Below are positions 48,557 through 59,232 of a stretch of 64,000 bases of DNA, piece after piece. The stretch's first letter is position 1. Each line of letters starts with the position of its first letter. The notes beneath the pieces are model-generated. The model was not told the DNA's origin and did not search any database. It saw nothing but the letters and a program-made list of their open reading frames with translations. Source of the DNA: a bacterium (GTDB lineage: Bacteria > UBA8248); contig OZ242260.1 in NCBI GenBank assembly GCA_965207065.1, forward strand, positions 352,001-416,000. The letters are read 5' to 3'. Position numbers and translations under genes: made by a program.

Positions 48557-50473
48557 CTAATGCGTCTCTCTTAGATAAACCACCGCGAGGGGCGGCAGCG
48601 TGACCTCTATCGAATAGGGCTGACCGTTCAGGGGCGCCGCAACCGCGTGGCAGCCATCGGGATTCCCCACGCCGCTGCCTCCGTAATTTTCCGCATCGCT
48701 GTTCAGCACCTCAATCCAATCGCCGTCGGCGGGAACGCCCATCCTGTAGTCCACCCTGGGCACGGGCGTCAGGTTCGCCGCTACGAGCAGCATGGGTTCA
48801 TCCTCCGTGGCGACCCGCACGAAGCCCAGGACGCTGTCATCGGCCGCATCCGCCGCCACCCACTTGAAGCCGCGCGGGTCGTAATCACTCCGGAACAAGG
48901 CGCGCTCCTGATGGTACAAGGCGTTCAGGTCGCTCACCCACTTCATCAGCCCGGCTCTTAACGGCTCCTGCACCAGGTCCCAGTCGAGCGCGCCGTCGTG
49001 GTTCCACTCGCGCCACTGGCCGAACTCCCCGCCCATGAAGAGGAGCTTCTTGCCGGTCTGGGCGAACATCAGCCCGTAGAGTGTGCGCAAATTTGAGAAT
49101 CTCTGTCCGTTGTCTCCCGGCATCTTCCCGAGCAGTGAGCTTTTGCCGTGCACCACCTCGTCGTGGGAGAGGGGAAGCACGAAATTCTCGTTATAGGCAT
49201 AAAGCAAGCGGAACGTGAGCAGATTGTGGTGATACCTGCGGTGAACGGGGTCTTTTTTCATATACGCAAGCGAGTCGTGCATCCAGCCCATGTCCCACTT
49301 CATGCCGAAACCCAGCCCGCCCGTATCCACGGGCCTCGAAACCATCGGCCAGGCGGTGGACTCTTCCGCAATGGTCTGCACGTCGGGGAACCTGCGATAC
49401 ACCTCGGTATTCAGCCGCCTGAGGAAAGAGATGGCCTCCAGATTCTCGCGGCCCCCTTCCTCATTGGGAAGCCACTCGCCCTCTTTTCTCGAGTAATCGA
49501 GATAGAGCATCGAGGCCACGCCGTCGACGCGAAGCCCGTCGGCGTGGAAATTTTCGAGCCAGTACAGAGCGTTGCTTATCAGGAATGCGACGACCTCGTT
49601 CCGTCCGTAGTTGAAGATGTGGCTTCGCCAGTCAGGGTGAAACCCCCGCCTGGGGTCGGCATGCTCGAAGAGATGGGTTCCGTCGAAAAAGCCCAGCCCG
49701 TGACCGTCCGTGGGAAAGTGCGAGGGCACCCAGTCGAGTATCACGCCAATGCCGCGCTGGTGAAGATAGTCGATGAGGTACATCAAATCCTGCGGTGTCC
49801 CGAAGCGGCTCGTGGGCGAGAAGTAGCCCGTTACCTGATACCCCCAGGAACCGTTGAAGGGGTGCTCCATCACCGGCAGGAACTCGACGTGGGTAAACCC
49901 CATGTGGAGCACGTGCTCGGCGAGTTGGGGAGCGAGTTCCCTGTAGGTGAGAGGGCGATTCTCTCCATCCCCCGCCCGCCGCCAGGAGCCGATGTGAAGC
50001 TCGTAAATGGAGATGGGCGCCTCGCGTCCGTTGCATGCGCCCCGGCACTCCATCCAGTCACCATCTCCCCATTCGTAATCGAGACTCCAGACGACCGAAC
50101 CGCTCTTGGGGGGGACCTCGCTGTAAAACCCGAAAGGATCCGCCTTTTCCGCCCGGTAGTCTCCGAACTGCGAGTGAATCCGGTATTTGTATACCTCACC
50201 CTTCCCCACGCCCGGGACGAACCCCGCCCAAACTCCTGAGATTTCAATCGGAGCCAGCGGGTGGGCGTTCTCGTCCCATCCGTTGAAATCCCCGATTACG
50301 CTCACAGCATCCGCGTTCGGCGCCCATACGGCGAAGTGAACACCCTCCTCCCCATCCACCGTAATCAGGTGTGCGCCCATTTTTTCGTACAATGTAAAAT
50401 GGGAGCCCTGGTTGAACAGATAAATATCGTAATCCGTGATGTAGGAAAGCGCGGGGTAGTGGACGACGCTCAT
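48557..50473 (-). CDS. glgB: 1,4-alpha-glucan branching enzyme
   Basis: FAVWAPNA, SWGYQ, DGLRVDGVASMLY, AEEST, LSHDEVVHGK. Confidence 0.97.
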   Translation of the reverse strand: MSVVHYPALSYITDYDIYLFNQGSHFTLYEKMGAHLITVDGEEGVHFAVWAPNADAVSVIGDFNGWDENAHPLAPIEISGVWAGFVPGVGKGEVYKYRIHSQFGDYRAEKADPFGFYSEVPPKSGSVVWSLDYEWGDGDWMECRGACNGREAPISIYELHIGSWRRAGDGENRPLTYRELAPQLAEHVLHMGFTHVEFLPVMEHPFNGSWGYQVTGYFSPTSRFGTPQDLMYLIDYLHQRGIGVILDWVPSHFPTDGHGLGFFDGTHLFEHADPRRGFHPDWRSHIFNYGRNEVVAFLISNALYWLENFHADGLRVDGVASMLYLDYSRKEGEWLPNEEGGRENLEAISFLRRLNTEVYRRFPDVQTIAEESTAWPMVSRPVDTGGLGFGMKWDMGWMHDSLAYMKKDPVHRRYHHNLLTFRLLYAYNENFVLPLSHDEVVHGKSSLLGKMPGDNGQRFSNLRTLYGLMFAQTGKKLLFMGGEFGQWREWNHDGALDWDLVQEPLRAGLMKWVSDLNALYHQERALFRSDYDPRGFKWVAADAADDSVLGFVRVATEDEPMLLVAANLTPVPRVDYRMGVPADGDWIEVLNSDAENYGGSGVGNPDGCHAVAAPLNGQPYSIEVTLPPLAVVYLRETH

Positions 50474-52608
50474 AGGATCGTTTCCCCCCGCGCCACGGGC
50501 GGTTCGTTGCGGCCCCTCAGCAGGACCAGCGACTCTCCGGCGAGATGGTAGGATTCGCCCGAGTGGATCCGCCAGTTCCATCCTTTTTCATCGAATTCAG
50601 CCGTATCCATCACCACGGTCCATCTCTTCTTTCTGTCTTCTTCGAGGAAAACGAAGGGTATCGCCTCATGGTGCGCGTTCATGAGAACCATGAAAATATC
50701 ACGATTCCTGGGCCCAAGCCGAGAAAAATGTTCGTCGCCCGGCACCTCTCTCAGCCTGAAGCCGAAACATTTCATGAAGTGCACATCCCACTCTTCGGCG
50801 CTCATTTCATGGCCCAGGTGATGAAGCCAGGCGATCCCGGGTCTGTCCATCCGGTGCAGGCTTCTTTTCGGGAAAATCTCCATCCGCCGAAACGCCGTCT
50901 GAGACCCGGTCCAGCGGATGAGGTTTTTGACGAAAGAAAGCAGATTTCCGTTTTTCTCCGCCAGACTCCAATCCACCCAGGAGGTCTCGTTGTCCTGGCA
51001 ATAGGCGTTGTTGTTCCCCGTCTGCGTGCGGCCGAACTCGTCTCCCGCCTGAAGCATCGGCACGCCCTGGGAGAGAAACAGGCTCGCGAGCAGATTACGC
51101 TTGCGGCGCGCGCGCATGGTCGATACGAAAACGTCGTCCGTCGGACCTTCCACCCCGCCGTTCCAGCTATGGTTCTCATCCGCGCCGTCTTTGTTGTCCT
51201 CCCCATTCGCTTCGTTGTGCTTGTGCTGAAAGCTCACCAGATCCGCGAGCGTGAGCCCGTCGTGGCAGGCGACGTAGTTCAGACTCGCCTGGGGCGAACG
51301 CCCGCCGGCCTCGAAAACGTCGCTGCTCCCCGTCAGGCGCGTGGCGAACTCCGCCGCCTGGTTGAAATCCGCACGCCAGAAACGGCGGGCTGCGTCCCGG
51401 AATTCACCGTTCCATTCCGTCCAGCCCTCCGGGAAATTCCCCAGTTGATAACCCTCTTCGCCCAAATCCCAGGGTTCGGCGACGAGCTTGCGCTCCGAGA
51501 GGACCGGGTCGTCCGCGACCGCCCTGAAAAACGCGGATTCGGGGTCGAAACCCCTCTCCGTTCGCGCCAGAGTGGGAGCGAGGTCGAACCGGAAACCGTC
51601 GACGTGAAACTCTTCCGCCCAGTAGCGCAGGCTGTCCACGATGAGGCGCAGGACAGCCGGATGCGATACGTTCAGGGAGTGGCCGCAGCCCGTGGTGTCG
51701 GCGTAGCGGCTTTCATCCTTGGGGTCCACGCGGTAATAGACCCGGTTGTCGAGTCCGCGAAATGAGAGATGCGGCCCCCTGAAATCCCCCTCCCCGGTGT
51801 GGTTGTAGGCCACGTCGAGAATCACCTCGATTCCCGCGCGGTGATACGTCTTCACCATCTCCTTGAACTCATCGACCTGCCCGCCCCCTTCGCCGCGGCT
51901 GGAAAAGCGCGCATCGGGCGCGAAAAAGCCGAGCGTCGCGTACCCCCAATAATTGGAAAGCCCCAGCATTTGGAGACGCTGCTCCGAGACTCGGTGATGA
52001 ATGGGCAAGAGTTCGATGGCCGTTACGCCCAGATCTTTCAGGTATTCGATCACGGCCGGATGGGCAAGGCCCGTATACGTGCCCCTAAGTTCTTCGGGGA
52101 CTTCGGGATGCCGCATGGTGAAGCCTTTTACGTGCAGTTCGTAGATAACGGTCTCGGACCAGGGCGTGCCGGGCGGGGAGACATCCTCCCAGTCGAAGGA
52201 AGAATCCACGAGCACGCTCTTGGGCGCCGCGTGTGCGTTGTCCCTTGCATCGAAATGGTGGATGTCGCCATCCCGGTAGCCGTACATCTCATCGCACCAG
52301 TGAACGTCGCCCGCAATCGCCCGCGCATACGGGTCAAGCAGCACCTTGTAACCGTTGAAGCGATGCCCCTGCGCGGGCGCGTAAGGGCCGTGGACGCGGA
52401 ATCCATAGGGTTGCCCCGCGCCCAGGCCTTCCACCTCCGCGCGCCAGATGTCGTCATGCCTTTCGAGAGGAACCCGCGCCGTCTCCCTGCCATGGTCATC
52501 CGCATCGAACAGGCAAAGCTCGACCCCCTCCGCATTCTCGGAGAAAAGAGAGAAACGCACGCCCCCATCTATCCATTCGGCGCCCAGGCGCCCATCCGGC
52601 TGATTCAT
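50470..52608 (-). CDS. glgX: Glycogen debranching enzyme
   Basis: YELHVKGFT, NYWGY, DGFRFDLA, AEPWD, GNNNAYCQD. Confidence 0.97.
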   Translation of the reverse strand: MNQPDGRLGAEWIDGGVRFSLFSENAEGVELCLFDADDHGRETARVPLERHDDIWRAEVEGLGAGQPYGFRVHGPYAPAQGHRFNGYKVLLDPYARAIAGDVHWCDEMYGYRDGDIHHFDARDNAHAAPKSVLVDSSFDWEDVSPPGTPWSETVIYELHVKGFTMRHPEVPEELRGTYTGLAHPAVIEYLKDLGVTAIELLPIHHRVSEQRLQMLGLSNYWGYATLGFFAPDARFSSRGEGGGQVDEFKEMVKTYHRAGIEVILDVAYNHTGEGDFRGPHLSFRGLDNRVYYRVDPKDESRYADTTGCGHSLNVSHPAVLRLIVDSLRYWAEEFHVDGFRFDLAPTLARTERGFDPESAFFRAVADDPVLSERKLVAEPWDLGEEGYQLGNFPEGWTEWNGEFRDAARRFWRADFNQAAEFATRLTGSSDVFEAGGRSPQASLNYVACHDGLTLADLVSFQHKHNEANGEDNKDGADENHSWNGGVEGPTDDVFVSTMRARRKRNLLASLFLSQGVPMLQAGDEFGRTQTGNNNAYCQDNETSWVDWSLAEKNGNLLSFVKNLIRWTGSQTAFRRMEIFPKRSLHRMDRPGIAWLHHLGHEMSAEEWDVHFMKCFGFRLREVPGDEHFSRLGPRNRDIFMVLMNAHHEAIPFVFLEEDRKKRWTVVMDTAEFDEKGWNWRIHSGESYHLAGESLVLLRGRNEPPVARGETIL

Positions 52609-52854
52609 CTTCCTCCCGCCTGAAAATTTTCATCGCTCCCGACGAACAAAATCACGAGCACAAAAACGTAATCGCTAAAAACATCCGCCGTGTATTAAAA
52701 CATCATACCCGATTTTTGTTGTGATTTTGTTACAAAGATTTGCCTTGTAAGTGGACTGGCCGATTCGGCAAAAGGTCTCATTTCACCTTTTTCCGGAAAA
52801 GGCTGTAGAATCGCCGCGTCCATCGTAAGGCCGAAACATCGAATTCACCCCCAA

Positions 52855-54036
52855 ATGGAGAGCGCTTTGAAGATCATCGACATCCGCGAGACGGTGGTTC
52901 CCATTCAATCGGACTTGAGAAACGCGTTCATCGATTTCTCCCTGATGACGGTGAGCGTCGCCGCGCTGGTCACGGACGTCGTGCGCGACGGGGGGCGCGT
53001 CGTCGGTTTCGGCTTCAACTCGAACGGACGCTACGCCCAGCAGGGGCTTTTGCGCGAGCGCATCATCCCCAGGCTCGAGGAAGCGGAACCCGAGTCGCTG
53101 CTCAACGAGGCGGGGACGAACTTCGACCCTTCAACAATCTGGGACTGCATGATGAAAAACGAAAAGCCCGGCGGGCACGGCGACCGCTCCGTCGCCGTGG
53201 GCATCATCGACATGGCCGTATGGGACATGGTGGCGAAAATCGAGGAAAAACCGCTCTACCGCCACCTGGCGGATACCTATCGTGGCGGGGAGTGCGATGA
53301 AAAGGTATCCGTCTACGCCGCCGGGGGCTATTACTATCCCGGAAAAGACCTGAAAGCGCTTCAGAACGAGATGAGGAGCTATCTCGACCGCGGCTACACC
53401 ACCGTCAAGATGAAGATAGGCGGTGAGGCGCTCGATGACGACGTGAAGAGAATCGAGGCGGTGCTCGAAATCGTGGGCGAGGGGCGGAACCTCGCGGTGG
53501 ACGCCAACGGAAAATTCGACCTTAAAACCGCCATCGCCTACGCCGAGGCGCTCTCGCCCTACAATCTCCACTGGTACGAGGAGGCGGGCGACCCGCTCGA
53601 TTACGCGCTCCAGGCCGAACTCGCCCGGCATTACGACAACCCCATGGCGACGGGGGAGAACCTCTTCTCCACCCAGGATGCGCGAAACCTGATCCGCTAC
53701 GGGGGGATGCGCCCGGGCGTGGATATCCTCCAGTTCGACTGCGCGCTCAGCTACGGCCTGGTGGAATACCTGAGAACGCTGGAAATGGCGGAGGCCCACG
53801 GCTGGTCGGCCCGCTCGTTCATCCCCCACGGAGGACACCAGCTCTCGCTCAACATCGCGGGGGGACTGGGCCTGGGCGGCAGTGAGTCCTACCCCGACGT
53901 GTTCAAGCCCTTCAACGGCTTCGCCGACGGCGTGCCGGTGGAAGACGGCTACGTCGGCTTCCCCGACCTGCCGGGACTCGGCATCGAGGACAAGGCTGCG
54001 CTCAAGGACGTGTTAAGGGAGTTGTCCGCAATCTAG
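52855..54036 (+). CDS. tarD: Mandelate racemase/enolase superfamily, D-tartrate dehydratase-like
   Basis: RNAFIDFS.MT, GFNSNGRY, NEKPGGHG, YAAGGYYYPGK, KMKIGG, PHGGH recalled from characterised TarD. Confidence 0.8.
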   Translation: MESALKIIDIRETVVPIQSDLRNAFIDFSLMTVSVAALVTDVVRDGGRVVGFGFNSNGRYAQQGLLRERIIPRLEEAEPESLLNEAGTNFDPSTIWDCMMKNEKPGGHGDRSVAVGIIDMAVWDMVAKIEEKPLYRHLADTYRGGECDEKVSVYAAGGYYYPGKDLKALQNEMRSYLDRGYTTVKMKIGGEALDDDVKRIEAVLEIVGEGRNLAVDANGKFDLKTAIAYAEALSPYNLHWYEEAGDPLDYALQAELARHYDNPMATGENLFSTQDARNLIRYGGMRPGVDILQFDCALSYGLVEYLRTLEMAEAHGWSARSFIPHGGHQLSLNIAGGLGLGGSESYPDVFKPFNGFADGVPVEDGYVGFPDLPGLGIEDKAALKDVLRELSAI

Positions 54037-54090
54037 ACGACTCAGGATTCACCGCTTCGGCGAAGCGCTCGGCGTCCTCGCCGCGCCGCC

Positions 54091-55395
54091 TCACGACACC
54101 CGTAGCGCAACCCGGTGCATCGTGTTGTTGAGGTATCCATTCGGGTTCCAGTCGATGGCGTGGGGCTGCATCACACCCGCGCTGTCGGTCGCCCGCGCCC
54201 AAATCTCGTAGTAACCGGCTTCCGGGAATCTTAAATCTGCGCGGAAGGTCTGCCAGGCCCCATCGTTCACGGGGGCGTCCAGCGCAGCCGGCTTCCATGT
54301 CGCGCCGAAGTCATCGGAGATGTCGACAGCGGCGACCGTCCGGTCTCCCGACCAGGCATGACCGCGCACTTCCACAGCGCGCGCCGAAACCGCCCCGTTC
54401 GCGGGGTAGGTGATCAGCGATTTGACGGGCATCCGCTCGATGATGACGAAATCTTTCTCCTCCACCTCCTCGCCCGGCTCGATCCTGTATCGCGGCACCC
54501 GGTAGGAGGTCCCCGTCATCTTGGGGCCGTCGTGCACGACGTCGCGGAGGTAGATGCGCCGGAGCCATTTCTGCGAGCAAGACCCCGGCCAGCCGGGAAC
54601 GACGAGCCGCAGCGGCGCCCCGTTCATCGGATGAATCGGGCCGCCATTCTGGCCAAAGGCGATGAGCACGCCCTCCGACATCGCCTTGGCGATCGGCACG
54701 CCGCGCGAGATGGGCAGCTTGCCGGGCTGACCGGAGAGGTCCCCGTCCGCGCCGACGTGGGCGGTGTAGACGACATTGGGCCGCACGCCGGCTTCCGCCA
54801 GCACGTCCTTGAGCCGCACCCCTGTCCACTTCGAACAGGCGACCGCCCCGTGGGTCCACTGGGAGCCCTTTACCGGCGGATTGAAAAAGGCCCGCCCGTT
54901 GCCCCCGCATTCGATGACGAGGGCCATCGTGACGACTTCGAACCTCGAGCGAAGCTCGTCGATCGATAAGGTCATGGGGCGTTCTACGAGACCATCGACG
55001 GTGAGGGTCCAGGCGTCCGCCGACGCTTCGGTGGGCGGGACGCCGTTGTTGCGAATGAAGTGCCGGGATGTCGGGGTGACCGGGTCGTCGAGCAGATGGG
55101 GCGGCGTTTCGGCGTTGAGCGGTCGCTTGTTCAGCAGCGTGAGGCCGTCCTTTCCGACAAGCTGGTTCTCGTCGGCGAAAACGGCCGGAATGAACCCCGC
55201 CGGCATGCTGCGGTGAAACGGAATCGCCGCGCCCACCATCGCCGTCATGGCGGCAAGCCCGGCGCCCCGCAGAAAGCCGCGCCTGTCGAAACTGGTTTCT
55301 CGTCCGAAAAAGGCGCTATCCGCCGCCACCGGGTCCGCGGCGAAGAATTCGTGTATACCCCGGGCCTCGGAGGATGCGGATTCCTCTTTCGACAT
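54091..55395 (-). CDS. Tat-exported sulfite oxidase family molybdoenzyme (SorT/SorA-like)
   Basis: DRRGFL Tat motif, NAETPP, FIRNNG, ECGGNGR, GAPLRLVVPGWPGS. Confidence 0.92.
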   Translation of the reverse strand: MSKEESASSEARGIHEFFAADPVAADSAFFGRETSFDRRGFLRGAGLAAMTAMVGAAIPFHRSMPAGFIPAVFADENQLVGKDGLTLLNKRPLNAETPPHLLDDPVTPTSRHFIRNNGVPPTEASADAWTLTVDGLVERPMTLSIDELRSRFEVVTMALVIECGGNGRAFFNPPVKGSQWTHGAVACSKWTGVRLKDVLAEAGVRPNVVYTAHVGADGDLSGQPGKLPISRGVPIAKAMSEGVLIAFGQNGGPIHPMNGAPLRLVVPGWPGSCSQKWLRRIYLRDVVHDGPKMTGTSYRVPRYRIEPGEEVEEKDFVIIERMPVKSLITYPANGAVSARAVEVRGHAWSGDRTVAAVDISDDFGATWKPAALDAPVNDGAWQTFRADLRFPEAGYYEIWARATDSAGVMQPHAIDWNPNGYLNNTMHRVALRVS

Positions 55396-55443
55396 GGCGT
55401 CCTCCTCTTGCGGACAACCGCCTGGAGAGAATCGCACTGCAGC

Positions 55444-56448
55444 CTAGACGAACTCGGGCATCACCTCTTTGGCGAAGCGCTCGAGCGTCCTCAGGACGAG
55501 CTCCTGCGGCATCCCCGGCCACTGAACCCGGAACGCCATGTGGTCCACGCCCAACTCGTCGCGGTGGCGCCTGATGTCCTCGGCCACGTCTTCCGCCGAG
55601 CCGATCAGGAACCTGTCGGAGCGCAACTCGTCTAGCGGCATCCGGAGCGTGTCGCTCTCGGGCAGCGCCTCGCTCTGGCCCCACTTCACATAGACGTTGT
55701 ATTTCACCCCCAGATAATCCGCGCATTCGCGAAAGGCACTCTCCCTGTCCGCGCCGATGAACATCTCCTTGATGACCGGCGTCGCATCGGGCGCGCCCTT
55801 GCCCGCGGCTTCGCGCTCGGCGTGAAACATCTCCATCTGGCGCTTCAAGGTGTCGAAGCGCGCATGGGGATTCAGGAACCACGCCTCTCCCATCCGCGCC
55901 GCGCGCTTCACCGCGCCGTCGCCATTCGCCGCTATCCAGATGGGAGGTCTCGGCTTCTGGATGGGCCGCATGGTGAGGTTTACGTCTTCGAGCTTTACGA
56001 CCTCGCCCTCATAATCGAGCGTCCCCTCTTCGAGCAGGCGGGTGAGGGCTTCGAGTTTCTCCTCGAAAGCCTTGATGCGATAGGGTTTCGTGAGGCCGAA
56101 CGCGCGGTATTCGGGCTCGCGGTAGCCCAGCCCCACGCCGAGCACGAAGCGGCCCTTCGTCATGGCGTCGAGCGTGGCGACCTGCTCGGCCACGTCCACC
56201 GGGTTGTGAAGAGCGAGCAGCAGGATGCCGGTGCCGACGGTCATATCGCCCGCGTGAGCCGCCACCTGGGCGACGCTCGGCCAGGTCTGCATCATCCAAA
56301 CACCCTCGGTGAGATAGTGCTGTCCGCACCAAACGCTGTGAAAGCCCAAATCCCGAATCAGGCGCACCTGTTCGAGATGCTCCTCCCAGCGTTCCCCGGG
56401 GTCATCCCCCAGGGAGTGCTGGTTCATGACGAACATGCCGAATTTCAT
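55444..56448 (-). CDS. LLM class oxidoreductase
   Basis: LGFHSVWCGQH, HNPVDVAEQVATLD, GRFVLGVGLGYR, PPIWIAA. Confidence 0.92.
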   Translation of the reverse strand: MKFGMFVMNQHSLGDDPGERWEEHLEQVRLIRDLGFHSVWCGQHYLTEGVWMMQTWPSVAQVAAHAGDMTVGTGILLLALHNPVDVAEQVATLDAMTKGRFVLGVGLGYREPEYRAFGLTKPYRIKAFEEKLEALTRLLEEGTLDYEGEVVKLEDVNLTMRPIQKPRPPIWIAANGDGAVKRAARMGEAWFLNPHARFDTLKRQMEMFHAEREAAGKGAPDATPVIKEMFIGADRESAFRECADYLGVKYNVYVKWGQSEALPESDTLRMPLDELRSDRFLIGSAEDVAEDIRRHRDELGVDHMAFRVQWPGMPQELVLRTLERFAKEVMPEFV

Positions 56449-56470
56449 ATCACCCTCTCGTTTTGTCTTG

Positions 56471-57376
56471 TTAGTCCTTGGTTCCGAAATCATCGGCCAG
56501 GGCGATGACTTTTTCCGCCGCCTCGACCACCGGATAGTCGATCATGCGCCCGCCGACGGAGACGCTCGCCTCCCCCCGCGCCGTCGCCTCCTCGAAGGCG
56601 ACGACCACTTCGCGCGCCTTTTCGACTTCATCTTTCGTCGGCGTAAACGCGTGGTTCACGATTTCCACCTGCCTGGGGTGGATGCAGAACTTGCCGAACA
56701 TGCCGAGCAACCGGCACCGCACGGCGCTCGCCGCGAGGCCCTCCTGATCGTCCAGGGCTATCCACACCGTGTCGAGCGGTTTCTCCCGGCCCGCGCTGCG
56801 CGAGGCCACAGCGATTCGAGAGCGCGGGTAGTCGAAAGTGAACTCATCGCGCGGCCACTCGATGTCCAGATCGTTGGTGTAATCCCCCGCCCCGAATGCG
56901 AGCTGGAAACGCCGCTCTCCCGTATCGGCGGAGGCTATCGAGAAAGCATCCTCCACGCCCCGGGCGTTCTCGATGATGGCGAGCAGGTGAATGCCTCCCG
57001 CCTCACAGCCCGCTTTTCTTTCCGCATCGCGGATCAGCCTGTCGGCCGCCAATATCTGTCCGGCGTTCTCCGCCTTGGGCAGCACGATTCCCCGCAGCGC
57101 GGGCCCCACGACGGCCGCGATGTCCTCGGGACCGCAGGCGATGGAAAAGCCCGTCACGTCATCCAAGGGATTCACACGCACGAAAACGTCCGCCCCGTCT
57201 TCTTCGGCAATCGTCTTGACCGCTGCACCGAGCGCATCGCGCGTGGATGTCTTCTCATCGGCGGGTACGGCGTCTTCCAGGTCCAGAACGACGGCGTCGG
57301 CCCCGGCCTTGCCCACTTTGGCGAGCATTCTCTCCCTGTTTCCGGGGGCGAAGAGAATCGTCCGGTAGAGTTTCAT
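56471..57376 (-). CDS. CitE/malyl-CoA lyase family
   Basis: RTILFAPG, DLEDAV, IIENARG, FGAGDY, CIHPRQ. Confidence 0.92.
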   Translation of the reverse strand: MKLYRTILFAPGNRERMLAKVGKAGADAVVLDLEDAVPADEKTSTRDALGAAVKTIAEEDGADVFVRVNPLDDVTGFSIACGPEDIAAVVGPALRGIVLPKAENAGQILAADRLIRDAERKAGCEAGGIHLLAIIENARGVEDAFSIASADTGERRFQLAFGAGDYTNDLDIEWPRDEFTFDYPRSRIAVASRSAGREKPLDTVWIALDDQEGLAASAVRCRLLGMFGKFCIHPRQVEIVNHAFTPTKDEVEKAREVVVAFEEATARGEASVSVGGRMIDYPVVEAAEKVIALADDFGTKD

Positions 57377-57551
57377 GGATGGTTCTCCTTTTCTCTCATT
57401 ATCTAAAGTGATGTGTTTTTACCCTTGATGGCGGCGCTTGCCAAGCCGTAGCGGCCTTGCATTTCGGGACAAACACCTGCTTTCGTTTCGGCTCGTCGGC
57501 GGATGGAATATAATCACCCGAAAATCAACGAAACCCCTTTGGAGAGTTTTC

Positions 57552-59225
57552 ATGAATCCCGATGAACTGCTGCACCGCCCCATCACGGAGTTGTCCGCCC
57601 TCATCCAGGCCGGCGAAACGAAGCCGAGCGAGGTGCTTGAAGCCCACATCGCCAGAACCCAGGGGCTGGACGCCACAATCAACGCCTTCACGAGGACCAC
57701 CTTCGACCTCACCAGGGAACAGGCGGAGCGGCTGGATTCAGAACTCGCCGCTGGAAACTACCGGGGGCCGCTCCACGGGATTCCCGTCGCGCTCAAGGAC
57801 CTGTTCGACCTCGAAGGCCACCCGACCACGGCGGGCAGCCGGATTCTGGGGAAAGTCGCGGCGGTCGAGACGGCGGAATGCGTGCGCAGGCTCATCGAAG
57901 CGGGGGCGGTCATCATCGGAAAGACGAACTTGCAGGAATTCGCGCGCGGCGGCACCGGGGCGAACAGCGCTTTCGGCCCGGCGCGAAACCCCTGGAGCCT
58001 CGACCACACGCCCGGGGGGAGCAGCAGCGGCTCAGCCGCCTGCGTGGCGGCGGGGATGGCGGCGGCAGCGCTCGGCTCCGACACGGGCGGCTCGGTGCGC
58101 CTGCCCGCTTCGTTCTGCAACCTGGTGGGCATCCGCTCCACCTATGGGCGTGTGAGCAGGGCGGGGGCCGTGCCCTTGGGTTTGAGCTTCGACAACGTGG
58201 GTCCCCTCACGCGCACGGTGGAAGACGCCGCCCTCATCCTGCAAGCCATCGCAGGCTCAGACCCCAAAGACCCGACGACGGGAACCGGGCCTGCTCCCGA
58301 TTTCCTGGATTCCGTGAACGAGGGCGTGCGCGGCATGACGCTCGGCGTCGCGACCAACCATTTCTGGCCGGGGGAGGATCCCGAGGCGGAGGCTATTGTG
58401 CGCGAGGGTATCGCCCGGTTTGAGGCGTTGGGCGCGCGTGTCGTGGAAGTGGAAATCCCCTGGGCGAGGCTCGGCCAGGTCGCCTACGCCGCGACCGTGG
58501 GGCCTGAGGGTGCGGAATACCACCGTAAATTCCTCGAAAACCACCGGGATGGGTATGTATCCCCCGGAGCGGATTTTTTCGAGTACAGCCTCTTCATTCC
58601 GGGCTGGCGGTACGTGCAGGCGCAAAAGGCCCGAACGTTCTTCATCCGTCAGGCGGCGGAGGTGTTCAGAAAAGTGGACGCCGTGCTCACGCCCACTGTT
58701 GCCATTGCGCCCCCCACAATCGCGGATTGTCTCGACGGCATGAAGATGTGGCCGATAGTGAGCGACAATACGGCCGCCTTCAGCACCATCGGCAACCCCG
58801 TGCTCCAGGTCCCCTGCGGGTTCACGAAACGGCGCCTGCCCGTCGGCCTCCAGATTGCGGGGAGATGGGGGGATGAAGCGCGCCTGTTCCGAATCGGCAA
58901 GGCGCTGGAAGACGATAATCCGCTGTGGAATATTAAGCCGCCCGAGGTGGACGAGCAGCCGCCTCCCCAAGAATATCCAGACCCCTCCGCCTCACCGCCG
59001 CAAGAAATGACGGAGACAGAAGCCGCCGCCCACATTCTCGCCATGGCGAAAACCATGGGCTATGCGATCGACAGGGATAAAATATCGCCGGATGGACTCG
59101 CCCAGGGCGTTTCGAACATGCTCGCGGGACTGGAAAAACTCGACGACCTCGCCCTCGATGATTGCGAACGCGCGGAGACGCTCAACCTGCTCGAAATGGA
59201 TTTCGACTCCATCCCCAGCCCGTAA
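57552..59225 (+). CDS. Amidase signature enzyme with C-terminal extension
   Basis: GPLHGIPVALKD, PGGSSSGS, GSDTGGSVRLP (Ser-Ser-Lys triad). Confidence 0.93.
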   Translation: MNPDELLHRPITELSALIQAGETKPSEVLEAHIARTQGLDATINAFTRTTFDLTREQAERLDSELAAGNYRGPLHGIPVALKDLFDLEGHPTTAGSRILGKVAAVETAECVRRLIEAGAVIIGKTNLQEFARGGTGANSAFGPARNPWSLDHTPGGSSSGSAACVAAGMAAAALGSDTGGSVRLPASFCNLVGIRSTYGRVSRAGAVPLGLSFDNVGPLTRTVEDAALILQAIAGSDPKDPTTGTGPAPDFLDSVNEGVRGMTLGVATNHFWPGEDPEAEAIVREGIARFEALGARVVEVEIPWARLGQVAYAATVGPEGAEYHRKFLENHRDGYVSPGADFFEYSLFIPGWRYVQAQKARTFFIRQAAEVFRKVDAVLTPTVAIAPPTIADCLDGMKMWPIVSDNTAAFSTIGNPVLQVPCGFTKRRLPVGLQIAGRWGDEARLFRIGKALEDDNPLWNIKPPEVDEQPPPQEYPDPSASPPQEMTETEAAAHILAMAKTMGYAIDRDKISPDGLAQGVSNMLAGLEKLDDLALDDCERAETLNLLEMDFDSIPSP

Positions 59226-59232
59226 GAAACGC

